Assembly: GCF_009834535.1 (NCBI RefSeq)
Contig: NC_045696.1
Location: forward strand, 99,636,001 to 99,700,000
Direction of reading: 5' to 3'
DNA from: Camelus ferus
Taxonomy: Eukaryota
Length of the DNA stretch: 64,000 nt
Below are positions 1-13,259 of the stretch, in pieces. Position 1 is the stretch's first letter, and each line of letters starts with the position of its first letter. The notes under the pieces are model-generated. The model was not told where the DNA came from. It made no database searches and saw nothing but the letters and a program-made list of their open reading frames with translations. The position numbers were made by a program, and so were the translations under genes.

Positions 1-872
1 CTGATGATCTAAGAAGTAGAATAAGGTTCTAAGCAGCTACTTGAATTGTTGTCACAGTATGCTTTCATTATTATGCACTCTCAACTCTTCTCATACACAA
101 AGAAGGAAATTGAGACAATACCAAAACAATCTTCCTAGAAGAGAATTGTTTTTTTTTTTTTTTAATTTTTGGAGATGCTTCCAACAGCTAGTGAATGAGA
201 CCACTAATTTATGTCCAAGTAGACTGTCATTCTGTACCATGGAAACCTCTTTAACAATGTATTTTTAAAGCTTATATTGTGACACTTACAGGTGAACAAC
301 AGGAATGAGTTTAATGGTACATCTTAGCATTCTTCCTTTATACTTCTCCACCACACTTTCCCTGCCCTCTAAAAGAGCTAGTGCAGATTTGGAATTGCTA
401 AAGGCTGTGGATTATTAGGGAGCCACTACAATCTCAACACAATCCTTAATTAGTAGCGACATTTTATACATGATGATAAAGGTGTATCTATACATATGAA
501 CATATTTTGGTTAAAATATTTTGCGAGTAATTAACCGACTAGACAATTAGAAACATTTTTAGGACAAATGCCTACTGTTTTGTGGCTGCAAATTTGAACT
601 TCAAAGTTGGGACTATGGCTGGAAGGTGAGAATGCTGAGTCTCTAAGCAGTTGGCCAAAAAAGGAAAGCAACTCAGATTATCACATGATATTTTCCCTCA
701 TCCTAAGCTTTCCTGAGCTATACATTGTTAAACGCTCTGGAAGCCACCAGTAGCCTAGGTAAGAAGTTGACAAATGTAACCTGGTCCTGAACTAGTTTAT
801 TTGTTTCAAGGTGGCCAGTGTTGGTTTCATTAATAAAGGGTTGACTGGAATTTTCTTTCTTTCTTTTCCTTC

Positions 873-900
873 TTTTTTTTTTTTTTTTTTTTTTTTTTTT
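873..900. repeat. poly(T) tract
   Basis: Run of about 28 T, preceded by CT-rich low-complexity sequence. Confidence 0.95.
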
Positions 901-1482
901 GGTATCTTGTGTTATTGGACTGTGTGGACTGGAGGGCAGAACCTAGAGGTGTAAGAGCCATAAAGTAATTGATATGTTGTCATTACGTGGAACAGGACAG
1001 TGGTTTATGTTATATAAAAATCTGTCTCTTATCTTTCTACTTCCCTCTCTCGGCCTTCCTCTCTCAAACGTGAAGCATATAAATTAGTAATAGGGATAAT
1101 ACCCAGGTGACCTGCCCTGCATTTAGCAGGTGCTGGCAAGGCAGCACAGGTGGACTGCCACAGATAAGCCATCCAGAAGACTGCCGTCCTCACTCCACCA
1201 TCTAAAGATACTCTGAGTTCAGTATCTAGAAATCTCAATTGGCTGCTCTCTAGATTCAGAAACTGGGTTTCCAACTATTCATTTTTTTTTTAATTTTCAT
1301 AGAAATTCCCCTCATTAAATGCCTGACTGCTTGTACCATTCATCAAGTATTCTCTACCACCAAGTCTCAACAAAAGGTTCAGCTGGTCCTTAATGAACAA
1401 AAGGCAACTGAAAGAGAAAATGGACATATGTTATTCAAAGGAAGGAAGAACGTCTCTTCTTTCCTTGAACCGAAGGAGGGAC

Positions 1483-1852
1483 TGACAGATCCTGACCAAA
1501 CCTCTGAGCCATTCGCTGGACTGGCCCTTGACAAATGGACTTCCAGGTCAGGCTTTGCATTGCCCAAGAATCCTGCTAAGTAGGTTTAGACAGAATCCTC
1601 CAATCTGATCACTCTTGCCTGCCTTCAGCAAGAATTCTGTTGAGTTAGGTTAGCAAGAATCCCCACACCTGATGTCTCCCTTTCATAATTTTCTGTCCAC
1701 AGCCCTCCACCCAACCTGCATCTTGGCAATAAACCCCGGCTTGTCCCTGCTGTATTTGGAGGTATTTCTCCTCTCCCTTCCTGCAAAGTCCCCCTTGAAT
1801 AAAGTCTTCCTTAACATCTTTAACAAGTGCCAGAATAATCTTCTCCTTACTA
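1483..1852 (+). mobile_element. ERV1 solo LTR, MER31/MER67-like
   Basis: Starts TGACA. Has the internally repeated 'aagaatcctgctaagtaggtttag...agaatcc' / 'aagaattctgttgagttaggttagcaagaatccc' blocks, AATAAA at 1798-1803 and a 'gtcttccttaacatctttaacaagtgccagaataat' 3' end, as I recall for MER31-group LTRs. Confidence 0.7.
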
Positions 1853-2049
1853 GTACAGAAGAAAAGGTAGGTGCCAAGGATGAAAGGACAGTTTCCCTGA
1901 TAGAGAGCACTACCATTGTCAAAGGACTGAAAGAAAATTAAAGTATTTCCATCCTGTTGGACACTTAATGTGTTTTGTGTTTGCCCTTTATTCGGTAATT
2001 AGCAGTACTATTCAGGAAGTCTGTTAAATTAATAAAAGTGTTAGTAAGA

Positions 2050-2290
2050 TTGACTTTTAAGAGTCAGACACACCTAGTTATTGTCTTAGCTGTGTTGCTT
2101 TTTACTCCATGTTCTTTAGGAGATTATTTGACCTTTTCAAGATTTAATATCTCATTTGTTAAACAAGCATGATGTTAATACATTTTTGATAGATTTGCTC
2201 TGAAGATTAAATAAGATGTTAAAATACCTACAAAGAGCATAATGTAGTGCCTAGACATAGTAGGGGAATCCAATAAATATTAGCCATTTT
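2050..2290 (+). mobile_element. MIR SINE, degenerate
   Basis: Contains 'gagtcagacacacctag', core-like 'ctcatttgttaaac...gaagattaaataagatg' and tail 'tagtgcctagacatagtagg...caataaatattagc'. Confidence 0.7.
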
Positions 2291-2959
2291 GATTTTGAAC
2301 ATTAATAACAATTAAATATTTCCCAGGTATTTTGTTTTTTTTTTTTGAGTTGTTCCATTTTTTATATCAGACATTCCTAGGAGTCTCTTTAAAGAAAATA
2401 TGCTAGTTAACACCATATTCTAAAATTAGTGATCTCATGGGAAGGCGTGTTTGATATGTGAGTTACATATGCACACACATTTTTTTCCAAAATAAACTAC
2501 CTCATGATTCTCTCTAATAAATCATAGTCAGAATTTATTTCCTTTCTAATCATGAAAGCCTCCTTCTGGAGTCCAGATAACATTCTGATATTTTATAGGT
2601 AACCACAGAAATCCAGTAACTCCTGGCAGATAAGAATATTAATGTGGAAAAAAATAATTCTTCTGTAATTCCTAAGAAGAAAATGTGTCATAGAAGGTGT
2701 CTACTGAATTCAAGAAGCTATTCTTATTGTTAGTTGAACCATCCAAAATCACTCTTGAATATCAAAAATAATCAAATATCTGCAGTTTCACTTTTCAAAG
2801 CAAATATTTATACAATGTGTTTCTATAAGTAATGTTAACTGCATTTCCTCTTTTGTGGGTTCTGGTTCTAAAAGGATAAAACACTTAAGGCCTGAGTTTG
2901 TCCATGCCAAGCCTAAGCTATCATGAGTGAATGCCAAAGCATATGAAGATGAGGGACTG

Positions 2960-3560
2960 TATGAGTGGAATTCCTGGATGTAAGTGGCAGAAACCACTTT
3001 GGCTAACTCAGCAGAAAAGGAAAATTCTGGAAGGATACGTCGTGGAATAGAAGGGAAGGGTGGAAAACCAGGCTTAGGTAGGAAGGCCAAGACCTTAACA
3101 CTTGTCAACTTAGAACGTACCACAGCCTGAAACTCTGTCATCTCTGACGTTAGCTGATACGCTACTTCACCATATCCACCAGAAGTAATCTCCGCTGAGC
3201 CCTGTGGTTTTTTTTTTTTTTTTTTTTTCAGATTTCTCTGTTAGTATTTTTATTTACATGGATTTCTTTTTTTTTTAATTGAAGTACGATTGATTTACAA
3301 TGTTGTGATATCATATGATATCACTTACAGGTGGAACCTAAAAAAATGACACAAATGAACTTATGGACCCTGTACTTTTGATCTCACTCTCTCAAGGTCT
3401 GAAACTCTGGGAGGGAGTGTCTGATTAGCTAACGACTATCCTGCCCCTTCCATATGAAAATGTCCTCTCTCTGTCTTCTGTAATGGGAGACAAGAGTCCT
3501 GCTTTCTACCTATCTTGTTATTCTTGCAGTAGGAAGTCTGTTTGTATGCTGGGCACATAT
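2960..3560 (-). mobile_element. Ancient MaLR LTR (MLT1N/O-like), interrupted by the L1-derived insertion at 3208-3364
   Basis: 'gtggcagaaaccactttggctaactcagcagaaaaggaaaattctggaaggatac' resembles old MLT1 ends. Boundaries are poorly defined. Confidence 0.4.
3208..3364 (-). mobile_element. Miniature L1 insertion: poly(A), short unique segment, poly(A), L1 3' terminus, inverted L1 3'UTR piece
   Basis: T21 at 3208-3228 and T10 at 3267-3276. Antisense L1 terminus 'aattgaagtacgattgatttacaatgttgtg' at 3277-3307. Sense L1 3'UTR 'atatcatatgatatcacttacaggtggaacctaaaaaaatgacacaaatgaacttat' at 3308-3364. Confidence 0.75.
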
Positions 3561-5540
3561 ACATAGCTCATTAGCTATAACCATCTCTTTGGATTTGTTC
3601 CTGTATAACACTGTTAGGGTAGTACCAGATTGCTACAGACAAAACAAGTGTAGCATTTTCAATTTTTTGTTTATATATACATGCATTCATATGTAAAAAT
3701 ATACATGTAATATGTGTAAGTCTAAAAATAAAATATGGAATAACATGGTGATCTAAATTACAGTTACTAACTCTCAAAAAGTTGTTCAGAATTGCCCCAT
3801 GTTGATTTTTCTCAGTTGTACTGTCAGCGTCCATTGCTGTTACATGAAGAGTGACCTAAATATAGAATGAAGAACAGTATTTTGTTGTTTTTTTGTGGAA
3901 AACATACTTAAGAGGATATTTCTGGAGATGTTATTCACACACAGAAGAAGTTGCACATTTGATCCTTGTGTTGAAGGTATGGAAGAGTATTAGTTCAACA
4001 AAAGGGAGACAAAAATCAATTTTCACCTAATGAACTTGTATGAATTTAATAAAAAATGAAAAGTAAATAAATGGTTGGCTGATGACTATGCTTTCTATTG
4101 AGGGTTAAAAAAATAATATTGCAATTATTGTTGGTGAATAAATCATCTTTCACAATAAATGAATCCATCCTTTTCCAAGGAAAAGAATTTACTTCAGATT
4201 AACTTTAAGTCTATGTGCTGTAGGATAAGTTAAAAGATAATTAATTTATTAAGAGATAATAAAACTATATTTAATCACAATGGTTTTACAATGAGAATGA
4301 AAGGGACAGAATCCTACTATGCCATATTTTCCATGATATTTCAGCTCTTAGGAAAGACGAACGGGTCTGAGAGGCAAAGGCAGTGCTTTAGGGGAGCACT
4401 TCTTGGCACGTTATATTCCCCAGGCTCAGTCATCTCTCCCTTTACTCATTTAAAAGGAAGCTGAAAAAACTGAGCTTCAGAACATGCACCAGAAACGTGA
4501 GCGATTCTTTTCGTTGAGTTAAACTGAAATCACTGTACGTTTCCATCCTCAGTTTAGCTCTGTGTGTAAATGCTTTCTGCTTTATTGTAAAAAGTTGAGA
4601 GGTTTTTTGTTTGTTTGTTTATATTTTCCTTTTGGGGGGAGGTCAGCGGTGTGAGGCAAAGATGTGCTTTTGATGCTAAGGGCGCAAAAGTTTACTGATA
4701 GAAAACTGATAAAGTAATTAAACATTCACTAAAGCACAGCTATAATATAGCAGCTGGATATATCAAAACCACCAGTTGTCCTTCAAGGCTCTTTTTCAAA
4801 ACATAGTGTTTTTCACTTAAATTATGATATAATTCAACACAGGCATGAATCAAATACAATACTGGTGAGACATTTTTCCTGTAGTCAGGACACTTTTTGC
4901 CCAATCAACAGCTTAGCTAAAGGTATTCATTTGAAAATGGCTGGTGGGTAGTGTAGGGGTGTGGCCTCTTCACAGAAGAGGGTGAAGGAGTCTTTACTGA
5001 GCAATGACTTCTGACCTGGGTACAGTTAGCTTGATGTTCACTCGTATTTGGCCATTTGTTTTTCTATCTGACATTTAAATGACGCTATATAAATTAGATA
5101 CTTGGCATCTCATGTCTGTGAGGAGGAAAGAATCTTCTTCCTTAGGAAGACCAAAAACTAAAGTTCTACAGTTTGTATTTCTTTTTATGTTTCCTCCAGT
5201 TCTTTCTACTAGGAACATCATATCGCAGGTATCAGACACATTACCATGCAAAGAAAAACATCACTAGTGATAACAATTTTGGATTATTTTAATTCCACAA
5301 CTAACACAATAGTTTCCCAAACATAAATATAAATTAATGGTATTTCCTGAATAATAGAAGACCTGGTTAAAAGGGACTATTCATTTGGTTCCAGGACCAG
5401 TGGCCAAGTATCCATATTTTTCTCCCAAGTAGGGTAGTAGAACAAAATATAAAGACACCAGAGTTAGAGAATAGAAATGACAGTGTGTATGTTTGCTTTT
5501 GCTCTCAGATAAATTTGATATGAAAGTGCCTGTGTATGGT

Positions 5541-5541
<1 letters not shown>

Positions 5542-5578
<37 letters not shown>

Positions 5579-5600
5579 GGAGAGATAGAGGGAAAGAGAG
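5542..5600. repeat. Compound (TG)n(AG)n microsatellite
   Basis: (TG)~11 followed by (AG)~7 and a GA-rich tail. Confidence 0.95.
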
Positions 5601-8600
5601 AGGGAGGTATGGAGAGAGGGAGTCGCACATATATTTATGTATTTTACATGACTCCTTTTGAATTAGAGGCATTTGGAGCAAAGGTTGATCCTCTCTAAGG
5701 CACCAATATGTGTCACATCACTTGAGTATTCATCAGATGTGCAAATATAATACAGAGAAGAAAGAAACAAACAAATGAAATCAATACAGAAGGCAAGAAA
5801 GCAAATGCCATGAGACATCTATCTCCTTCCCACCACCTCTCCTTGGTTTCCAATCTCACAATTCTGTACACAAAGTGTTTTTACCTTGGGATGAAAGTGA
5901 ATGGTAAAGGATGTGATGTTAGCCAATGCGTAATCTAGACCTTGACTCTACACCACTGGGGGCCTGACTTTAGTGGCCTGTGCAAAAGGCAAAGTCAGTG
6001 TTTATTCTCAGTCTTACAGCATCATAGGAACCAGCGTGAGGTGCCCTGTGCTGTGACTGGGAAAGTCCTTTTACTCTACCTCCCTCCTGAGGTGCAGGCA
6101 TTTCTTGTATGTTTGTTCATTTTAGTTCCACTCATACAGGCAAGTCTTAATCATTAATGAGTCAACTATCATATACTGATTAGGGATATCAAGCTTAATG
6201 AATCCTGAAAACAGTCTTCTATTTCCAGTCAGCTCTTACTGACAATAGAAAATTATCCAAGGCATTTGCTCAAAATAGTGCATTCTATCAAAAAAAAAAA
6301 AAATTACTCAGGCTGACTTTTACTTTGGCTGTCTCCAAGATGAGATCACTAGAAAAATAATCTGAAGGAGAAGAAATTCCCCAAATATCATGTATTTGTA
6401 GCATATATTTCTCCAAAGTAAACCAGTCTAGGAGTAAAGATAATGGCCTAACAAGAGTAACAAAACAGTATTTCTCTGTTTTTGCCACTATCCATAAAAT
6501 TTCAGGAGTTTTAGCTTCCCTTAGATTTCTCCAGCAGACTTCAGGCTGTCCCCAAGGGAAGAGCCAAAAGCAGTCCATCATCTCATATGCAAAGAGTATA
6601 ATTTCCTCTTGCATATTCCTCCTGGACACCCCAGAGAGTCCTCCATTTCACTTGTCTCCTACTCCAGCCTCTGTAAGGACACATCTTTCTTCTCCTAATG
6701 CTCTGATGGTCCAGATTTCATTCTACACAGAAGGTGGGATTGGTTTTCGGCTTCAGCTAATGTGACCACAGAAATCGATAATTATCTAAATTACAGAAAA
6801 TACTACACTCTGCTCTGTAGACTACTAGGCTCTGGTTGCTCTATTTCCTTTGTGTTTTATAGATTTTAAGGAACCGGCTCTTTTTTTTATGTGTATCCCC
6901 TATGCTCAGGTCTCTGTCATATGTCTTTAATGAAAGAGAAGGAGCACATAATATCTGATCTATACATGAATTTTACATCTTTTCTCAAAACTTAAAGCAA
7001 TTTTGTGTGCATGGACTCTCCTTCCCTTAGAGATTTGTTCCTTCCTAGGAGTTTCCTTAGTCCTTCATGTGAACAGATCCTGGCAGGCAACGAAAGAGAC
7101 TCACTAGACTTGCTGAAACATATCTGAACCCTAGGGTGAACTCAACTCAGTCTGTCGAGCTAAGATCCCTTCACAGTACATGTACATAGATTCCAGTGAT
7201 GAGATTCTATTACAGGCTATTTTCTTCATTATTTTAAAAATAATAGCAAACAGGCTTTAAATGAATTATTTTATTGTACTTGTTCCTGATGTGCCATCAT
7301 TTGCATTTGGAATGAATGGGCCTTTCTAACAGAAGAACAAAGAGAACATTCCCTCTTAATATCAGTTTGGATGGCATGGTACGAGGGTCACCAACTGAGT
7401 TTCCCTGCATGAATCAGTGTTAGGTTTCAGGGTAACCACGTTGGCCATTCTCAAGGGCCTTGGGAGATTCAAGTACCAAGTGCACCATTTTGATGCATTA
7501 TGATGACCTGCTTAAAGAAGCACTTCTCTAAAAATTCCTCTTTCGCCCTGATAGGACTTGTTTTCAGGTATTTCAGGCTCAGCCATGCCTAAGCTTTGTG
7601 TGCAATCAATAAACAACTGCACATGCCCATACCAGCCATCCTTACCTATTTTTTAAAGCTATTACACGTGGGTGATGCCTTGTCATGTTTATATATTTTC
7701 TGGAAAATACATACAGGATAATGTTGGTCTCTCAGGATATTATAACCCAAGCTTAGAAGGGACATGTCTTTCAAAAAGGTGTTTATAAACAATATAATGT
7801 TAGAGTTCCTAAGTGATATGATTGGGGGTATAAGCAGTTTGTTAAGCCCTTTCCTGATGCTCCCTGAATCCTGGCTAGATTCAGTCCTCTCTCTGGACAG
7901 ACACATAAGCCTGAACCATCTGAGTACATATCTAAGTGAGGGAACTGGAGGAGATTCTAGAAGCCCTGCTCACTAAACTTCCCAAGCATGATAGTTTCGT
8001 GTACCCTTTTGGGAAAATCGTACCCTTTAAGCTTGTGAGAGTAAAATGCAACTTGACACAATTTAGGTATTGGAATGACTAGTTTCGTAAATTTTCAAAA
8101 TTTTTCCTTTGTGGGTCTTAGTTGCCATGCAAATAAAGGTTTTGATCAAAAATTTTAAAAGATAAGAATTTTATACTTCTATAGTATTCATTTAATCGAT
8201 TTCTAAGTGAATATGAATCAAATTTATTATAATAAGGAGGCTATGACCATCATTCAAAGAGTCTTCTAATATCAAATTTGCAACTTTCTTCTTATGCCCC
8301 AACTTTTGGCTCTTGGGTTAGAGTTAGCAAACGGGGTCCCTCAGACTTCTATGCGGATGGGATAAAATAAAGGAAAAATGACAAAAGGATTTTTGAAGAG
8401 CCTGATGTATATCAACTATGGCAAATTCCCACGTTTCTTTCTCCTATTATCATAATTTGAACCAACTTCCTGACAGAAGGATTCTGACACAATCAGAGAA
8501 TTCTGGAAGGTCCCAAGTCATCAAACCCCACGACTGAAATATCATCTCAAAATTTTCCACAGTGAAAGCTGATTCATGAGACTAAAGATGTGAAAACATG

Positions 8601-10854
8601 GTTTATCTATGAGGAAAGAAAGAAAAAGGTCTCTGTTGAAAAAGGTCTAGGGTAGAGCAAGGAAAAAAGGATACAGCCAGAAGGAAAATCTGTAAAAGAT
8701 ATCTCTGAGAAAGGTCACTTCAATTGATGTAGGTTTTTCTGTTACAAATTCCTTTTTATGTGCTTAGCTGTTAAATGTTAAATCTTCCATTTTAAAATGG
8801 ACTTCAGTTTCACCATGAGGTAGGGCTCTAACCCCTGCAAATGATGGTCAGTCTCTACATATGTATTTCATTTCATGTCATGTGCTCTTAGCTCATGCTT
8901 TCTATTTTTCTTATTTGGTGCCCTGATATAAGGGCACTTATCTGTCTGAAATGTCATTGTGGGAATGTGTACTGAGATCCTCTTGGGTAAGTGCCTCAGG
9001 GACATTCTTTCCTGATGGATGTTCCAGATGTCAGAGTTTACACCTGTTCCTAAGTGTAAAATGTACATGTTAACCAACAAAAATAAAGTTTTATAAGACT
9101 AATAGGATTTTAAGCCAAGCAGCTCATGTAAATGGATATAGCAAGGTGTAGACATATAAAACATCTCTTTTTTGTTTGGAAAATACACAATTTCTCGAAG
9201 AATGCAAATACAACATTTAAAGGAGAGTTTTGGATTAAACATCACATATTTAAGTGACTAAGTAAAGTGGCTTAATGAATGGTTTCCTGGTTCCCACAGG
9301 ATTATGATTTTTCTCTTTGCCCTGACACTGAATAGACAATGTTTTGCGGAAGAGAAAAAAGCAGACATGAGAATTTTAATAAGGAATGTCAATCCTTGAA
9401 CATAAATAGAATTCAATAGTTTTATAAGTTCTTTATATTTAATGTAATCAGAAATGCAGTTAGGGGTAGTATAGAGTTAGAAGAGAGAAACACAGATTAT
9501 ATTCACAACTTAAGGACTTTTTAGTGATAGTCATTCAAACATCTATTCAACTAATATTTAAGTCCTTAATATACACCATGCTATGTTGTTGGAAATCATG
9601 TTAACATCTCAGCTTCTACTGCCTAGACTGTAAAATGGATAAAATCTTTATTAACTTGGTGAAGACGGAGACTATATACAAGATGGTCTCTTGAATTTAA
9701 ATGAAAAATTTATAATTCTATTATTCTGGGTAAGATTTTCTATTTGTTCTTCATTTCCTCTTCCTCTCTTTCATAGGAATTAAAAACAGAGACCACAATA
9801 AGCCAGCAAAACAACATAACCCAGAGACAGAAACACAAATGCTTCAGAAGTTAACTGTAGCACCAGGAGACCACTAGGAGAGCTTAGAAAAAAAAAAGAT
9901 CTGAGAAGATCAGCTAACAAAAAACCTGGGTTGGGAAGGCCTTCTGAAATTAAGAATCATTTATACAATAATTCTTTGAATTTTAGCCTTTTAATTTCTT
10001 CCTCAGACAGGACAGTCATACAGAGCAAGTTGAACTGAAAAATTGCTTGCAAAGAACAGATGTGCTTCCAGAACATGATTTTAATGAATTAACTAAAACT
10101 CTAAAATGACTGAATACTATTAAAGGCTAGTAATATAACACATAATTCACATCCATGATAAAATTTGACTACATATTCAGAAAGCCCACCTTCAAGCAGG
10201 CAGGATATTGCCGAGGAAGACTTTGGATCATTGTCACATTAAGATGTGACCATTTTTAATAGCGATCTTTATAAAAAGTCAGTTAGGACCCCTAAAAATT
10301 GCAAAATTGAAGTATTTTAATTAAAGTAAAAATTTAATTTTTTTGATATTCATTCTAAAGACCTACAATAGTCAGCTTTTCCCGTTAAATAGCCGTAATG
10401 TAATGTACTTCAATTGAAGTACAGTCAATTACAATGTGTCAATTTCTGGCTTATTATTTGTTTGACATTTACTCCAGCACGCTATTGATATTTTGTTTTA
10501 AAATTCCTTGCCAGAGGAAAATGGGTACCTGATCTACACTCAAGTAAAATATTACCAGACTTTAATTTGAATTGGGAATAGTGACAACAGCAACATTTAG
10601 TACAATGAAAAGCCTTGATTAGTTTATTTCCTCTATGATGTGGCCATCTTGCAAATTCAAAATTCAAAATAGAAGGTTAACTGTTATTTGGTTGCGTATG
10701 GAAATTTCATTGTTGTAGATTTTGAGGGCTCTGAATGTATGGGTCTATGAATATACACACACTCACACAAACATACGAGTGTCTGTCTCTACCATTCCTT
10801 AGTTAAAAAAGAGCTGGATGAATTTTTACCAATTACATATCAATTATTGACTAA

Positions 10855-11172
10855 AAGTTGTGTTTCTTGCCAGGCTGCCCCTTTCCTGGTCTTTTGGCTA
10901 AAAGGGGCAGATTTCTGTTAGGACATTTTTTTGTCTACACTGCCTGCCATTTCTGGGTTGCCAGATTCAGCTAGGATATAAAAACCAAAAAGAAAACCCA
11001 CGGAATTCACCATCCTCTTTCCTCACACCCCCAGGCATTAGTTGGTCTGCCTCCTCCTATAACCATTCAGAGTATTCTTATGGTTGTTTTATATACAGTT
11101 CTAGAGTTATTAGCTGTGCTTAGTAGGAGGAATAAGGCATGTCTACTTCATCTTCGCTGAAGCAGAAGTCCC
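10855..11172 (-). mobile_element. Ancient L1M (L1MC/MD/ME-type) 5'UTR fragment
   Basis: Reverse complement begins 'gggacttctgcttcagcgaagatgaagtagacatg...tcctcctactaagcacagctaataactctag' and includes 'agccaaaagaccaggaaaggggcagcctggcaaga', as I recall for old L1M 5' ends. Confidence 0.65.
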
Positions 11173-11220
11173 AAATGATTTTTAAAAGTCAGTACGATAT
11201 TGATCTTTAAAAGACAGCTT

Positions 11221-11642
11221 CGAATGACATTCTCCATGAACATCCAATGTCATTCTAAGTGAAGAAAGTCAGAAAGAGAAAGAAAAATACCATATGAGAT
11301 CGCTCATATGTGGAATCTAAAAACAAACAAACAAACAAACAAAACATAAATACAAAACAGAAACAGACTCATAGACATAGAGTACAAACTTGTGGTTGCC
11401 AAGGGGGTGGGGGGTGGGAAGGGATAGACTGGGATTTCAAAATGTAGAATAGATAAACAGGATTATACTGTATAGCACAGGGAAATATATACAAGATCTT
11501 ATGGTAGCTCACAGAGAAAAACATGTGACAATAAATATATATATATATGTTCATGTATAACTGAAAAATTGTGCTCTATACTGGAATTTGACATAACATT
11601 GTAAAATGATTATAAATCAATAAAAATGTTAAAAAAATAAAA
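11221..11642 (+). mobile_element. Young 5'-truncated camelid-type L1 (3'UTR and poly(A)) with a 24-bp 5' micro-inversion
   Basis: Perfect 13-bp TSD taaaagacagctt at 11208-11220 and 11643-11655. Closely similar to the L1 3' end at 23240-23628. AATAAA followed by an A-rich tail. Confidence 0.95.
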
Positions 11643-12182
11643 TAAAAGACAGCTTATATTAAATTTTAGTAATGGCTAACAATTTTTCCTGTGTAACAAA
11701 CACAGGATAGTATAATTATGCTCTTTAGTTCTATAGGCAAGGATCATTTAAATTCATCATGATGATCATAGAATATGTAAGTAAAATATTCTGCATAATC
11801 ACTTAGTCCTTCAACTCACACATTTAACAGTGGCTCTATGATTAGAAATCAGATTCTTAACACCTAGAAAATCAGTGACTTTCTTAGCTGTAGATTAGCA
11901 CATCTTGTCTAATTTAGTAAATTACAAAAAGTAAGTTACAAAAAGATCCTCTAAGCATGTTTCATAATTAAATTTTCAAACTGCTGCCTTCTTATTGCAA
12001 CTCTTCAATTACCTTTTAAAAAAACAATCACATGAAATAAATATGTTATGAAAATAAATATGCCTTTACCTGACCTGGACTCATTTGTTCTAAAAACATG
12101 CTTATGAAGTATATAGAAAACTGTTACTTAGGAAACTTGGGGAATGTATCAAACCCAAAACTTGAGTTATCAGCATAGCTAA

Positions 12183-12184
<2 letters not shown>

Positions 12185-12213
<29 letters not shown>
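12185..12213. repeat. (AT)n microsatellite
   Basis: About 14 AT units. Confidence 0.95.
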
Positions 12214-12217
<4 letters not shown>

Positions 12218-12309
12218 GCTAATTATATCCCTTTTTGGTTATATTTATGAATATTCTATTTCTCTATGTCACAAAATGAAATAGTTCAATGGACACATAA
12301 CTTGTATCG

Positions 12310-12862
12310 CATTCCCACTGCTCTGCCCTCCACTACAGTTCACTTTCTACACAGAGTGATTTAAGAAATGTAAATCAGATTGTTTTATACCAGACCTGCT
12401 TAAAACTTACCAATAACTTAAATTCATACTTAAATAAAATATGAACCCCTTGCATGCCTTGAAACCTCACTTGATCTGCATCTTGCCTCCTCTCTTTGAC
12501 CTTACTTCTCTCCTCCGTTCTCCATTCATGGTTACCATGTTTCATCCACACTTGTGTTCTCTCTGCTCTTGAACATGTATAGCTTGTTTCTACTGCATGG
12601 ATTTTGCACAAACCACTCCCTGTCATTCAGGTATTGGATCAAATGTCACATCAGTATCCTATCACTCTATCTTTTTCCACAGCACTCAGCACTATCTAAA
12701 GTGACTTTATGTATTTCTTTACTTGTTTTCTTTCTATTTCCCTGACTAAAATGCACGCTCTATGAAAGTAGAGAATGTGTCTATTGTAGTCACTGGAACT
12801 TTCCATGCCAGAGACTTAATATAGGACTTGATATAAAATACAATTTATTGAATGAATTATTT
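12310..12862 (+). mobile_element. L2 LINE 3' fragment
   Basis: Contains 'agagtgatttaagaaatgtaaatcagattg...cctgcttaaaactt', 'tcaaatgtcac' and 'gactaaaatgcacgctctatgaaagtagagaatgtgtct', and ends 'tttattgaatgaat'. Confidence 0.75.
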
Positions 12863-13259
12863 ACAATTTTATTGTTGGTTGAAGACTACCATGCTGAGTT
12901 ATTTGTTACTCTATTCTCTTGCAAAATGGTGGGTTACTTTAGGAGCTATTAAGAATCTAAGATCTTTGTGTTTCCAAATTTCTGTACATTTTGAGTTCTT
13001 ATGTGTTTGCTCTCTTCTTCCTTTAGGTTCACTACTTGCCTTTCTGTTGACAGTGAACATTCCTTGAGTAATCAATACTCCCACCCCATTGCTCATCTAC
13101 TATTGTTCTGAAATCAAGAAAAGATAATTTGATATGAATTGTATGTAAAATAAAGGTAAGAGTGTTTTGAATGGCAATCAGTCAACTCTCATATAAGAAA
13201 GTATATAGACTTTCCTTATTATATTTTGGGGCATCTGTGGTTGCAGCACTAAAAAGCAT

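Noticed and set aside
10190..10700. Possible ancient DNA-transposon relic
   Set aside because: No terminal inverted repeats found, so the resemblance is not supportable.
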